A stretch of 63,799 bases of DNA, the filler included, from Basidiobolus ranarum (taxonomy: Eukaryota): NCBI GenBank assembly GCA_040143965.1. It is 18 parts of 18 records of this genome, joined end to end, with 100 filler letters (N's around TTAATTAATTAA, not from the genome) between each part and the next. Parts side by side here need not be neighbours in the genome. Positions count along the whole stretch, not along the records: positions 10,685 to 14,141 come from JASJQH010009352.1; positions 14,242 to 17,696 come from JASJQH010009353.1; positions 17,797 to 21,250 come from JASJQH010009354.1; positions 21,351 to 24,803 come from JASJQH010009355.1; positions 24,904 to 28,355 come from JASJQH010009356.1; 13 more parts are not named here. One strand, given 5' to 3'. A program made the translations under genes and the position numbers. This document shows, piece by piece, positions 12,535 through 25,909 of this stretch; the stretch's first letter is position 1; every line of letters starts with the position of its first letter. The notes under the pieces were generated by a model. The model ran no database searches. It was not told the origin of the DNA and was given only the letters and a program-made list of their open reading frames with translations.

Positions 12535-12950
12535 AAGGGCCCACAGAAATGTTGTTTTCTTCATTGTTTTGTTTTGAGACAATTTGATAAATGGATCAGA
12601 AGAATGTTGCTTATTTTCATCTTCCAAGGTTATGTTTGGTGAAGATACTTTTTTTGATTACACAAAACATCCATGGTCTTGATTAACTTTGAATATTTGG
12701 TATTATATGGCTAGTAGGTCTTGGTTTGAGTAAAATGGCTCAGATATGTGCATTTCTTACTTCTTAGATCAAATTTAGAAAAATTTTGGCCGTAAATTTA
12801 GTATAAGCAATGTATCCAAGTATTTTCAAATGTTTTACATGAGGTTTAACTCCAAACTATTCTTGATATAGTGTAGAGTTAGGCAGACTTCTAGTATAAC
12901 TCATATTTATCGGATATACAACTGTTGCAATTTATTCCACCCAAAAACCC
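12535..12950 (-). mobile_element. Copia integrase C-terminal fragment
   Basis: Reverse-complement similarity to 4260-4670. Confidence 0.7.
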
Positions 12951-13681
12951 AGAAGTGACTTCAACAGACTGGTGAGATTCCTTTGTTGCCTTGTGGGTCT
13001 GTGAGCATCAGGCAAGGCTTCAGTAGACTTGTGGGACTTGGATGTAGCTTTGGTAGGTTTGCGAGAGCCAGAGTAAACTCAGTGAGCTTATGAGAGCTAG
13101 TTGTAGCTACGGTAGATTTATGGGCTGTAGAGGAGCTGTCAGTGGTAGTAGTTACTTTACTGAATACGGTAGGATTTAGATTGGGTATTTTTGATTTGTT
13201 TTTATAGTTCACTGGTAAACTTCACCTAACTTTTGTATACATATATATATATATGCATGAAACTAAAAAACGTGTCCATTGATCCACCGTCTTAAAAGTA
13301 TAAGCTTAGTTAAGCCATGTCAGGATATATTTTGACAAAGTAAAGCATCCATGCAGGATAGGATTCGTTGACGGAATTGTTGTGTGGTATGAAAACATCA
13401 TTCCTTCCCTGATATTTTATTAATAGCTAGACACTGCACTAATCTACAAAATAAAAGCGTATTGATATACACAAATGTTTCAAGATAGCATACCGTGCAA
13501 CAACGGAGTAAAAAAGAAAGATTCTATGCAACTTCAACTATAATTTAAATACTCGAAGATTGATTGATTTATTTATCAACAGGTAAATGTCAAAGGCAGT
13601 CCCAATTTTTCTTTACTCGTATCATCTAAGATACAATAAACTAGAGTATGTAGCGGTAGAGAAGGAGAAGGTAGCTACATT

Positions 13682-14141
13682 CTATGCCCAATCACAAAGG
13701 ATGGAATCGTTGAAAGTCTTGCATACAGTACCTGCTGCGCAAATGTTCTCAACCAGCTTGCCGTAAACGCAAATGGTAAACTTTTGTGAAACTCCCGAAT
13801 CAACACACTTGTAAGCACCTTCGGTACAACCAGAGCTGGTGGGCTTGGGAACATTGGAAGAGGTAACTGAAGTAGCAGTAAAGGTAGCGGTACGAGTTAC
13901 TGTAACAGTGGTAGGAATACAGGAGAAAGAAGAAATGGCGACGGTGGAGTGGTATGAGGTATGTTCGTGAGAAATAGTAGTGGCTTCGGTAGGCTTGTGG
14001 GAGTCAGTAGTGACTTCGGTTGGCTTGTGGGAGTCAGTAGTGGCTTCAGTAGGCTTGTGGGAGTCAGTAGTGACTTCAGTGGGCTTGTGGGAGTCAGTAG
14101 TGGCTTCAGTAGGCTTGTGTGAGTCAGTAGTAACTTCAGTG
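13682..14141 (-). CDS. C-terminus of a secreted-type protein: Thr-rich 10-aa repeats plus CBM19-like chitin-binding domain (probably a GH18 chitinase)
   Basis: Minus-strand translation (TEV/ATTDSHKP)n...CTEGAYKCVDSGVSQKFTICVYGKLVENICAAGTVCKTFNDSILCDWA*. The six-Cys spacing fits CBM19. The catalytic domain is not in this contig. Confidence 0.75.
13976..14141. repeat. 30-bp coding tandem repeat, at least 5 units, cut by the contig end
   Basis: Unit AGTAGTG(G/A)CTTC(A/G)GT(A/T/G)GGCTTGTGGGAGTC. Confidence 0.95.
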
Positions 14142-14562
14142 NNNNNNNNNNNNNNNNNNNNNNNNNNNNNNNNNNNNNNNNNNNNTTAATTAATTAANNN
14201 NNNNNNNNNNNNNNNNNNNNNNNNNNNNNNNNNNNNNNNNNTGAATGTGCAATAATGTCTAAAAGTACTTTTCTTAAACATACCACATAAGTAAAATAAA
14301 CTGTTTCCAAAATGGTAAATAACATCATGCCGTATAGTGCCCAATCATGCCAATTTGTGCTGGCACACTTTTTAGCTGGCCTGATCTGGCTCAATAAAAT
14401 GGAACAAGTCTAGTGTTATGATGGTGATCTTGTATGGTAAGTTATTGCTATTCTTATTTCGTATGCATTATTTAATTTCCAACAATTTTCACAAAAAACT
14501 AATTTTTGAATGACAAATTCCTGGGTTTACTACTATCAAAATTCAAGTTAATTTACATGCTT

Positions 14563-16540
14563 TTATTTAAATATTTTAGGATTTAATTCCAGCCATAATG
14601 ACAATCAAAAAAAACAGGAATTTTGTCTTTTGTCTCTACATCTGCACATACTTGACTGAACTGACATCACTCAGCAACATCAATATGCTTTACCAGCAAA
14701 CTAATGGTGGAAAAATTGCTAAAAATCTGAAATTTTGAAGTGCACTGACACTTGGTGAATAGCTCACTCTTGTTACCATTCACAATGAGAACAAGCTCTT
14801 GGATATTAGGAAATTTTGATATAGAATTCAGCCATAATATCCCAACTTGCAGTCAGCAAAAGTCCTGCCACAAGTTGATAAGTCAGTTCTCATATATATT
14901 ACCCAATGGCTGAAGCAATACTACTACATATCTCAATCTATTTTGCCAGAAAGTCTGTCTTGCAGCTTTCCTAGAACTAACCTCAGATTACTGCACAAAC
15001 AAATTGGTAAAAATATTGAGGTACTTACTCTGAGTCTATGAATTGGGTTTTGTTACTATAATTATGCTGCAACAATAGAAAAACCTGTGCAGACATCAAA
15101 AAGAGCCCTGTGTTGGAAGGTTAACATAGTCTGGAGTCTTGTTAACCCATTGCATTACATCTATTGCTGATATTTCTGATATATTGTCAAACAGATTAGC
15201 ATATGGCAATACTGACAATTTCATATAGAGCATCTTTTCACCATAGGTGTGCTCCCTTTGGAACTCCCAGAATGTACAGCAAAGGCCTGTAATCCCTAAG
15301 CATTGTGAAAGATGCAGCAGGGAATGTATTAAATACCAGCATATATTCAGTGTATCTTCTTTAAACCTGTAATAAAGTTTCTCATGATCATTTACAAAAT
15401 CTTCACACAGTTGCTGTATCTGCCTGAGATCTGCCAATATAAATTGATGCCATAAAAGCATATTAACAATTTCTACAAACAACTTAAAATGTTGCCAATA
15501 TTAGTCAGGCAGAATTCTTTTCCAGATTCCCCTTGAATATATTCAAATCCAAAACTTCCAGTCTTTGCATTTGAAAAAGCACCTAGATAGTGAATATTGA
15601 TGAGAGTTTTGGTAACATATGATGGTATCTTCAAATTTTCAAGCATTTGCCCAATCCATTCAAGCTTTGATTGTATCTTGAATGGCACACATTAGATCAA
15701 ATCTTCCACTATATAGCTGAGTAAGAAGTTTTGGAATATTGTTGAATAGTAACTGCATAGTGCCTAATGGGAAGCTCCGGTTCCAGCTGATCCCCTTTAG
15801 CAACATAATCTTAGACTTACAGCCAATCCCAAGTTTGATATTGGACTGACCATTTGGTGAATTGATATAAGTGAGCATGTTGAAATGTGACCTTGCTCTT
15901 GACAGTAAAATCATGGAGTTCAGTGATGTATTTTCATAGTAGTAATGCATATGCCTGGTAGAGTAAACTCCATTGCTTTGACAAAATCTACTATGTAAGA
16001 AAACCGTTAAACACCTGGTTTCTAAGATATGATTGAACTCTCCACTTGTGAATATTCGAAGCTGCTTCCCTTGCCATAAGTGCTGTGAGTGGACCAATGT
16101 TTGCCAATAAAAAAGAGTTGGTAAAAAACTGTTGTCTTCTTCTTCATCTTCTGATATACTAACATCAGTACTGGAATAATCAAGATCAACATCTGGCAGC
16201 ATGTCCTCTAAGTTGTCTGGACTTACTGGTCTGACCAAAGTTGCACTTTTACCTGCATCATCCTGGTCATATAACTGTGCTAACTCCATTGTATCATCTC
16301 TTTCAGCAGTATTACAAAAAGTTTGAGATAAAGCACAGCCAGTGGACTCATTGGGCTGAACTAAAGTTGATTTTGAGCACTTTTTACTATTTATTTTTGC
16401 CTGGCTTTATGCTGCAGGTGGCTTTATATGGTTATCATGCTTGTGATTATTTTTTTTCCATGAAGTCTCTGGCTTTGATAGCTCAAGAGTTTTGACAATA
16501 TTAGCAAGGCTTCTTTGCACATTTGTGATGTGACACAAGA
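14563..16540 (-). mobile_element. CMC/CACTA-like transposase remnant with internal deletion near 15990
   Basis: MELAQLYDQDD, RFCQSNG, SFPLGTMQLLFNN, HEKLYYRFKED..C.YLIHSLLHL and FWEFQRE. Confidence 0.88.
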
Positions 16541-16748
16541 AGGATATTATAGTAAAAAGAACTCCTACTGAGTAAGACCGGTATTTAAAGTACATCCCAT
16601 TGTTATCATCAGCTGATTCTGAGATGGTGTCACAAAGGAGTCATCAGGGTGTTTACAAGATATTTATTGTGATGGATAGCAATTGTTGTCTATTATAAGC
16701 TGTTTCAGAGCAATTTCTTTACAACAGTTTGACCATCTGAAAATTTCA

Positions 16749-17215
16749 GTGCCGTTCCCAAAGTCTTCAATATTTAAATCAAATTTGGCTTCTAACCAAA
16801 AGCCTGCTGGCACAAAAGGAAAAAAACTATCAAGAACACAAGACTTGATTGATGAGCAGTATGGCAATCCACTATTCACCTTGGCAGGCAATACTAAGCT
16901 GGAAACTAACTCAAGTAATATTGAAGCATTGATCAATTTATCAGATGTGTTCATTGCTTGCTATAGTCAAAGGGATGAGATTACAATCCCCCAACTACAG
17001 AGTAAATCCGTAGTTGAGCAAAGCTCCACAGAAGCACCAATAAGACCAATGACTTTCAAAATGCCTACTTTGCCAACTATTGAACATCTCACCATGGTCA
17101 ATTTGGATACAATTTTTGCAACTAGGGAATCTCAGGCAGCACACCATACTGATTTTTATGTGATCAAAAGTAAAAACTAAAAAGTTGCCATACTGTCCAT
17201 TACAAGTAATAACTA
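16749..17215 (+). mobile_element. CMC transposon ORF2 N-terminal part, divergent from the transposase
   Basis: LASNQKPAGTKGKK...EITIPQLQSKSVVEQSST...MPTLPTIE; head-to-head with the transposase. Confidence 0.85.
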
Positions 17216-17796
17216 TGTAGTGTGGAGAAAGGGTGTTAGCTTAAATGTTCATTAATAATGCTTAATCCCACTACACATCTCCAGCAAAGCTGAACCCTTT
17301 ATACTGGAATCTTAAAAATATTAATAAGCAATATTGTCATCACTCTATTGTTAAAGGGTAAAGACTCACTATAATATGTCCATAACTTGAAGACTTTTGG
17401 AGAAAGATTATTTCAGATGAAAGAGCAATCAAGAATCTTCAATAGTACATGGGTACATAAAACTCTGGTAGTTTCTGTACCTTGAAGTCTGAAGAAAAAG
17501 ATAAAGTCTTTTAAGATTGGCAAAAACTTCAATTGTGAGTGAAGTGAAATCTATGGCTGTTAAGTTGAAGATATCTGTGAACAAATCTGAATTGCAATCT
17601 TCAAGAGTCAAGCCAAATTGAGTTGAATAGATACCTACTTTTATCTTAATAACATAAATTGTGCTTTAGCTAAAGGTGTGGTCAACATGTCGGAAANNNN
17701 NNNNNNNNNNNNNNNNNNNNNNNNNNNNNNNNNNNNNNNNTTAATTAATTAANNNNNNNNNNNNNNNNNNNNNNNNNNNNNNNNNNNNNNNNNNNN

Positions 17797-17940
17797 AAAG
17801 ATTCTTGCCAAAGTATCTTCCTTGTCCAGTCTTGTCTTGTGATCTACACCCAAGTACTCTCCTGCCTTCTAGCCTCTTGTTGTTGTTCCCAGTCCTTGTC
17901 CAGTTCCATATTGTGACAGGCTGCGTCCCCCAGACCCCCT
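17797..17940 (-). mobile_element. Probable gypsy-type PPT and start of a 3' LTR
   Basis: Minus strand reads AGGGGGTCTGGGGG...TGTCACAATA; single copy in the window. Confidence 0.4.
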
Positions 17941-18127
17941 CTTTTCATCCTTACCCTTACCAGAACATCTATACCCTTGTCAAATCAATGGAGTTTATTC
18001 TAACAGGCATATGCATTACTCCTGTCCAAATACAACACCAAACTTCATGATTTTACCATCAAGAGCCCAGTCAGATATCAATATGATCACTAATATCAAT
18101 TCACCAAATAGTCAGTCTAACATCATA

Positions 18128-18389
18128 TTATTCTCAATTGGAATTTACTTAGAATATTTTTACCAACTTAGAAGTTCTCAGATATATAGACTTTTCTAAC
18201 TTGTGCTAGAAGCCCCAAACTTTGCACACATGTTCCTGAGGCCTTGCTTGACACATTCTATATGTTAGTTTGCTTACATCTTGACAAAACTATAAATGTC
18301 AACTTTCTACTCAATAAATCAATAAGTGAAAACCACCAATTCCCCTAATTCTCCAAACCACTTCCAACAGGCTCCCAAATACTTTAACA
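18128..18389 (+). mobile_element. Truncated LTR, family A
   Basis: Matches 11085-11346. Confidence 0.85.
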
Positions 18390-18407
18390 TATATTGCTGA
18401 AACTCCT

Positions 18408-18650
18408 TCCTAACAGAAATTTGGGGATGGTTATTGTAAGAAAACCATCACAATCTTAATCTATTTTGGGCTGACTGTTTATTTACCTTCATAAAATTGT
18501 CAAGTTGGACTTGATTTTAATTGTTACTTCAAATTCAGGAGTGAAATTCAATAATCTTGCAAAATAGCTGCTCATGATTGGCTACAATATCTGAAAACTT
18601 TGGTTCAACACATGTGTGAAGAATGTAACCCAAATTTTAAACATTTACAA
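18408..18650 (-). mobile_element. CMC transposon ORF2-side terminus
   Basis: TCCTAACAGAAATTTG, colinear with 4783-5030. Confidence 0.8.
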
Positions 18651-18659
18651 CTGCTCCAA

Positions 18660-19200
18660 GAACCACCATAACCTGTCTATTACTTTGCAAGTATGCTTTG
18701 GGCACAGCTTTTCCATTTTCTTGGACCATTGAGTACAGTACAATTGAAAGCCTTCACATGTTTATAAACACCTTGAATCATATACCCCTATCTCTAGTTT
18801 GATGCATGATTGATAAATACAGTGGAAATGCATTTGATCAAGACTTGGATACTAATAGTAAGAGTCAATTTGGTACGAATTATCATCTTGTTCTTGATTG
18901 ACAATTACTTCAGTAACACCAATGTATTGCCCTGGCTTACGTGAACCAGCCTTAACATAAGTTCTATTTAATGCATAGGTCACGTTGACAACTCAATGAC
19001 AATTGGCATGGTAGACTTGGACTGCATCATCTGGAAATAGGAAACACTTGCTCAGTATTCAAACATCAGTTTTGGATGTAGCGTTAATTTTCTATATCCT
19101 GGTCAAGGGAAGGTTGGTGAGTTGCTTGGACCCATAAAGCTCTGCTAGACCTGCATATGTAAACTGGAGCGAAAATATAGTAGCCAACTTACTACAACAC
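18660..19200 (-). pseudogene. Possible heavily decayed multicopper oxidase (Fet3/laccase-like) N-terminus
   Basis: MHFHCIYQ at 18810-18833 resembles the first Cu-binding motif MHFHGxxQ; upstream VVNVTY..IGV..VIVNQ; multiple stops. Confidence 0.3.
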
Positions 19201-21350
19201 ATTGAGAAATACTAGCGAACAAAAGATTACATTACATCGATGCAAAGTGAAGCGGCAGGCATTGTGATGTTAACTAAGAATTTGGAATCAGATAAAAGCT
19301 CCACAATAGTAAGCTTTTATCAAGAATGAATACATATCAATCAACGATCCTTGTAGTAAGTGACTTTTAAACCCGGTGTAGGATACATAAGATATCTAAG
19401 GAATTACTGGCTCTTCTCCCGATAGGAATTTTTCACTTTGGGGACAGCAGAATATCACGTTAGTGAAGAATATCATTATACATCAGTCATATATTTTTTC
19501 ACTTGGCAGTAAATGGACAATATATAGACCTTTCCGTACTAGTCAATCATTATACTTTCCTCTACCATAGTGGCGAGACTATATATTACCATGAAGAATG
19601 TAATGATTTTTATGAAACAGACCTGATAGGATGTGATTGGAGAGGCATTGACACTGACATATACTTGTCAATAAGCAGGCACGAGTTATCATAAGACTAC
19701 TTTCTTAGGAGGCGACAGAGTAGTAAGTCGATATGTAGAGTGTTTTGAATATGCTGAAAAGTGTTCTTTTTTAGTAGCCAACTGGTTTAAATGAGTATTG
19801 CATGTTCCGCATTTAAGTAGCATTCTCTGGATAATTGTAGAGGAAACACAAAATCTGTAGTTAAGTCTCCAACTATGGAGCAATCTATCTTGAATCAAAT
19901 CATCAAGAGCAATACAATACTTGAACTTTTTGAATGTGTGAACCTAGGGACAATGATACCTCAATACAAATACGTGTGATGTAAAACATTACACTTTGAT
20001 CTTACCATAGGCGACAGGTATATTTCTGATTGTAAAGCGAACTTTAATTAAGAATTAATAGACACGCAATAGATATGGATTAAGGGTGAGGATGAAATAT
20101 CTGATAGCTGCGTTTATTTAGCTACAGGTAGGAAACGACCATTGGTGTTCTAATATTGAGTAAAAGTAAATTCTTCAACAGGGCAAAACATCAGATTGGA
20201 GCAAAGCGGCAATATTCGTCCCTTACTCTACTTACCATAGTGTATATGAAGACGTCGGATGACCATGTTTATTGCAAAAATATAGGGAGCTTACATTGCG
20301 ATCTGATCAGCTTGAAATAAAGTATCAACTGCAAATATATTCATATGCATACGCATCAAGCATTTCTCAATAATTAAGATATAGACTTCCAACTTCGATC
20401 ACCAAGGAATGAGAACCCATATATAGGTCAGGCCCCTGCGTAAACTTTAGGCCCCCTTACTTCAACTGATTGCTTTTTAATGTTGAATCTCATTCTTTTT
20501 CACATAGTATGCCATTATCCCCATCACCTAGAAGCCTCGATCGATTGGTATAGTAAGGACTAGAAAAATTACTGGAGCAGCCAGAGAGTGAGTGACTTGG
20601 TTTTAACCCAAGCAGAGACAACGTCAGTTCCTGGAGCGTAACTGACTGATGAGATCGTATTGATGCATCAGCGTTTACATAGTAGCACAAGAACCACATT
20701 TTGGAAAACTAGCTATACAGTTAGATATATCTTTTGCACCTACAACCACTGTTTTGGATACTACAACCGACTACCGCCAATCCAAGCCGGCAGAAACTCG
20801 TGGATATATACATACGCAGTTACCCCTACGAAGCATATCTGCAATTGAGAAATAGATTACAAATACATTGGCTTCTTCAAAGATTTCATTTGCGACTTGA
20901 CCAAAGCACTCAAGGAAAGGCTATTTAGGATGAGAGCCTGACGGTGATATCTCTTCATGAAAATTACTTGATGATACTCTTCTGACAAGGGCTGTTAACA
21001 TATGCTTTTAGTATGCACTCGACTCCATGACGTCGTTGAGTTTGACACAGGTTTTACTTATTTAGCAATGCGAAAAAATAATTAATATTCGAAAACTGCC
21101 CACTTTTATGCATTCTACAATCCATGCTTAAAATATCTATCTCCTCGACCCTGACGGTTAGCTAGTCAACAGTTAGAGAGTCACTCAACAATGATACAAG
21201 ACCTTCAGAATGCTGTACTTGAGCTACAGCAACATGCTGCTCCCTCCGTCNNNNNNNNNNNNNNNNNNNNNNNNNNNNNNNNNNNNNNNNNNNNTTAATT
21301 AATTAANNNNNNNNNNNNNNNNNNNNNNNNNNNNNNNNNNNNNNNNNNNN

Positions 21351-21612
21351 GATCAATACAAAGAGGGATGATGTAAGGATGCTCAGGTGACCTTCCTTGG
21401 ATGGTCTTGGTGGAATTACACTATGTGTGGGATGACATGATTGGTTAGGTTTCATGGAATGTTCCAAAGAACATGATTTCCATATAAGGTAATCTGGATG
21501 AACTGACACCAGATTGCTGAGTAGGGATGGCACAGCAGATATGATGTCATAATCTAATAATAGAGAAGTTCTATTTGCAGTGCATCAGTATGCTGAGATC
21601 AGAATCATGACA
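21351..21612 (-). mobile_element. Gypsy-associated LTR (family D) abutting a CMC transposase remnant
   Basis: Reverse complement matches 37623-37790, which precedes the gypsy gag; begins TGTCA. Confidence 0.7.
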
Positions 21613-22716
21613 CCCGGCATATACATTACCACTATTCAAATAGAATACTAGACTCCATAATTTTACAATCAAGAGCTTGGTCAGATTTCAACATGCTCAC
21701 TGATATCAATTGACCAAACAGTCAGTCTAAAATCCAACTTGGGATAAGCCATAAGCCCAAGATTTTATTGTTGAAGGGGATCAGCTAGAGCCAGAGATTC
21801 CCATTAGGCACTATGCTCTTACTATTCAACAACATTCCAATACTACCTACTCAGCTATATAGTGGAACATTGAATCTGATCAACCTTTCAACACAGGGCT
21901 CTTTTCATTATGCTCATGAGCTTTTGCATTGTTTAAGCACAATAGTAGCAACAAATCTCAATTCATGGGCACAGAGTAAGTACCTCTATAATTTGGACTA
22001 TTTTGTTTGTGTGGTAATATGATGGTATATCTAGGAAAGCTGCAAGACAGACTTCCTGGTAAGATAGATTGAGATACACAGTATTATCATTTTAGCCATG
22101 GGGTAATCTATTCAAGCAATGACACATCTACTTGTGGCAGGGCATTTGTTGATTGCAAGTTGGGGATACTGTGGCTGAATTTTTTATAGAAATTTGCCAA
22201 AATCCAAGAGCTTATTCTCATTGTCAATAGCAGCAAGGGTCAGCTATTTGCCAAGTGTCAGTGCTACTCTAAATTTCAAATGTTTGGCAATTTTTCCACT
22301 GTTAGTTTGCTGATAAAGCATATTGATGTTTTTCCCTTCTGTCTGATCAGTCAAGTATGTGCATATGTAGTGACTAAAAACAATAAGATTCTTGTATTTT
22401 TTAATTCTTTTTATGGCTGAAATACAAAGCCTAAAGTTTCTAAATATAGGAATAAATGTTAATTTGAAGTCCTATAGCAGAAAACCCAGTAATTTGCCAT
22501 TCAAAAATTAGTTTTTTTCCAATAATTGTTGAAAATTATATATTGCATGCTAAGTGTGAGGATCAATATTTCACCATGTATAATTGCCATCATAATACTG
22601 ACAAGAAACCACCATCATACCATGAAAATATCTGGCAGAATGTAAGCCACTAATATTGTAATGGTCCTCTGATTGTTTTGTGCTCCAGAAGGGTAGATCT
22701 GATCCATTTGTTAGGG
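21613..22716 (+). mobile_element. CMC transposase 3' part (internally deleted) and terminus TGTTAGGG
   Basis: FPLGTMLLLFNNIP joined to INLSTQGSF; terminus at 22709-22716. Confidence 0.87.
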
Positions 22717-22730
22717 AATAATGTGCTATA

Positions 22731-23078
22731 TGATGAAATTAGCATTACCTAAACACCTATATAGTCATATATAGCTTAATAGCTAGTTATCCTATATTGA
22801 ACTAAGATATTACCCATCACTTTCAAATGGAATTTACTCAGAACATTTTTACCAACTCAGAAGTTCTCAGATGTATAGATTTTTCAAACTTGTGCTTGAA
22901 GCCCCAAATTTTGCACAGATGTTCCTGGGACTTTCCTTATGACAATCTACATCTTTGTTTGTTTATATCTTGATAATTCTATAAATGTCAACTTTCTACT
23001 TGATAAATCAATAAGTAAAAAGCATCAATTTCTCTAATTCTGCCAACCACTTCCATCAGATTCCCAAATACTTTCACA
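22731..23078 (+). mobile_element. Solo LTR, family A, with perfect TSD CTATA, inside a gag zinc knuckle
   Basis: CTATA at 22726-22730 and 23079-23083; the target reads CYKCGKLGHIA on the minus strand. Confidence 0.9.
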
Positions 23079-23640
23079 CTATATGTCCCAGTTTTCCACA
23101 TTTGTAACATTACACATGCTCCTCTTTGGTCAGCTATTTCAAGAACACAATGTCCATATAGTTTTTGTTTCACATGCAAGCTGACTTTTCTCTTTCCTTT
23201 TAAATTTTTATTGACATAAATAAGCAATCAGATAGTGCTGAGTAAGATTATCCCCATTTGCTTCCAAAGTGAGTACAGGGACTGAATATGATTCAGGGAG
23301 ACCATTAATTATTGTAAGAATTATATTCATTTCAGGTATTTCATAATTCATTGATTCCAGTTGCTTGGCAAGTTTCTTGACACCATTTACATATGTCATA
23401 ATATTTGAATCCTCAGATATATCAGATTTAAGAATTTTCTTGGTATCATCATCAAGTGAGCAGGCCCTTTTTGCACATGATATTCCACTGGGACTTCCCA
23501 TGCATTCTTGGTAGAGTCAGCATCTCTGACTAGCATAAGTTGTTATGATCACAGTCCTAGACATATTTCCCTAAATGCCAATCTGACTTTTTTTTTGAAT
23601 GGGGCCCTGGCTTCTTTGTTTCATGGAGGAGAGTTTAGTA
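23079..23640 (-). mobile_element. Copia gag remnant
   Basis: YVNGVKKLAKQLESMN...ILTIINGLPESY (Retrotran_gag_2-like) plus a CCHC knuckle. Confidence 0.85.
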
Positions 23641-23716
23641 ACTGCCTTTTTGAGAGAGAGATAGCAAACAATAAGTTAAGAAATTAGCATTGTCCAAGAA
23701 TCAATATAGCCTTATA

Positions 23717-24700
23717 TATTAAAGTTTCTTGGGAGCCTATACAAAGTGATTTGGAGAATTACAGTATTTGATAGTTCTTGCTGGTTGATTCATTGCGTAG
23801 AATGTTCACATGGAAAATTTTTATGGATGCAAGCAAATAAACATGTAAAATGTGTTAAGGGAAGTCCCAGGAGCATGTGTGCAAAGTTTGGGGCTTATAT
23901 CCCAAGTTTGAAAGAATCTATTTATCTGAGAGTTAATTTGGTTAAACATTCCAAGTAAATTCCAATTCAGAATAATGGGTGATATCTAAGTGAAATATAG
24001 TATAACAATATCCTAAGTTATATATGTCTCTAGAGATGCTTAGGCAATGCTAATTTTAAAACTATCCCTCACCTAAATACTCATACAAACTAATCCTAAG
24101 AAAGGTCCAAATTTCCCAAATTTCTGTCTAGCTAATGGTTTGGTTAGTATATCAGCAATCATGTTCTCTGCAGAGCAATAAGTTAAGTCAATAACCTTAT
24201 TTTCTGTGGCCTCCCTAATTCAACAATGTCCACTATGTTTGCTTCTAGTATGCAATACAGGATTTCTGGCTAATTTGATACAACTTTGATTGTCTTGAAA
24301 TATCATAGTTGGTGAGTTTTGAGAATAGCCCAAATCTGTTATGAGTTTTCTTAACCATATTACTTCTTTTGCTGCTTCACCAGCAGCCTTGTATTCTGCT
24401 TCTGGTGTTGAGAGTGATATGGTAGGTGGATTGTTTGAATTCCAAGAAATAGCACCAATACAACAAAGAAAGAAATATCCTGTTGTAAGTCTCCTGTCTT
24501 CTATGTCTCTTGCCCAATTTACATCTGTATATTTGATCAGGTCAAAGTTTGATCCTCAATACTGATATCTTAAGTACAAATACACAGCTCCCTTCAAGTA
24601 TTGGAGAATTTGCCCAACTGCTATTATTCAATTAGATCCATAATCTTGAAGATAGAGATACATAACCCCTACAGCATATGTAATATCTGGCCATTTTCCA
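23717..24700 (-). mobile_element. Copia RT end, RNase H, PPT and 3' LTR (family A, 23717-24061)
   Basis: YTDVNW..DIEDRRLTTGY, SWNS, EAEY and MIADILTKPL, followed by the LTR-A reverse complement. Confidence 0.88.
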
Positions 24701-24903
24701 ACCTTACTATTTCTAAGGTACTTGGGAGCCAGTTGGAAGTAGTTTGGAGTATTAGAGAAATTGGTGGTTTTTGTTAAAGTATTTGGGAGCCTGTTGAAAG
24801 TGGNNNNNNNNNNNNNNNNNNNNNNNNNNNNNNNNNNNNNNNNNNNNTTAATTAATTAANNNNNNNNNNNNNNNNNNNNNNNNNNNNNNNNNNNNNNNNN
24901 NNN

Positions 24904-25890
24904 TGCCCTCCAGGTCCACTTCAATTTCTCCTACTCCCAGAGCTTCCAGTGGCCAGTCATCTCCTGTATAAACCTTCTTGTTTATGTCAGTTTTGAGTGT
25001 CTTCAACCAGTTTTTTTGATTAGAGAAATGTTGAGAGGCTCCAGAATCAATATACCACAGCCTACAGTCTTGTGCAAAGATCACTGATAGGGCAGAAATG
25101 AATAAAACTTCCTCTTTGGTTGAAACCGGATTTGTTTGTTCTAACTTCTCATTTTTATTGTAATTTCTTAATTTGTAATCTTTTATCTGGTGTCCTAGTT
25201 TGTTACAACCATAGCATAAATCTGGTTTCCTTCTTTTATAACCTTTGTACTTACCAAAGCTATGTTTTCCAGCTCCAAAAAGAGCAACTACCTCAGATTC
25301 TTTTTCCAAATTCTTACTTCCAAGATGTTATTGATTAGTCTGGCTACCAGAAACTCCAAAGACAACTTGTCAGATCTTGCTTCCACAGCTGCAATCAAGT
25401 TTGAATACTGTGCTGGTAGACTACTCAGAAGAGTCATAATGACATCTTCTTCTTTTAAAGTTGCACAAATATTTTCCAGTTGTTTTGCCAAAGATCTCAC
25501 ATTTGAAATATGAGTTACCATGCTTTCAGACTTTTCCATCTATATATTGAAGAATTTTTGTCTGAGAAAGAGTCTATTAGCAAGACTCCTTACTTCATAA
25601 TACTCTTCCAATATAGTCCAAGCTTGATGGGAAGGCTTTGCATATTGAATATTCACAAGTTGTGAATCCTTTAAACTTTGACAATGGACATTAAAGGCCT
25701 TCTTGTCTCTTTTCTTGTAAGCTTCCAAAAAAGAAGGGTCAGAAGGTTCCTTTTCATCTCCAGAGACTACATCCCAAAGCTCCCTGTCTTCCAGCATGAT
25801 ATGCATCTTGAACTTCCAGAAATTGTAATTTTCTCTATTAAGCTTTTCAACACTTATGTTAGTAAAAGTGGTAGTAGTTGTTTTGGTCAT
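24904..25890 (-). mobile_element. Copia gag-protease, relatively intact
   Basis: EKLNRENYNFWKFKM..LEDRELW, SLPAQY, CYGCNKLGHQIKDY and WYIDSGASQH. Confidence 0.93.
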
Positions 25891-25909
25891 GCTCTAAAGG
25901 TTAGAACAT

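Noticed and set aside
13976-14141. 30-bp repeats resembling a CRISPR array; plus-strand ORF SVGLWESVV
   Set aside because: There are no unique spacers and the context is eukaryotic. It is a coding repeat read on the minus strand.
17380-17440. EDFWRKIISDE, resembling the Tc1/mariner WxxVxxSDE motif
   Set aside because: Single short motif with no second or third catalytic motif and no TIR found.
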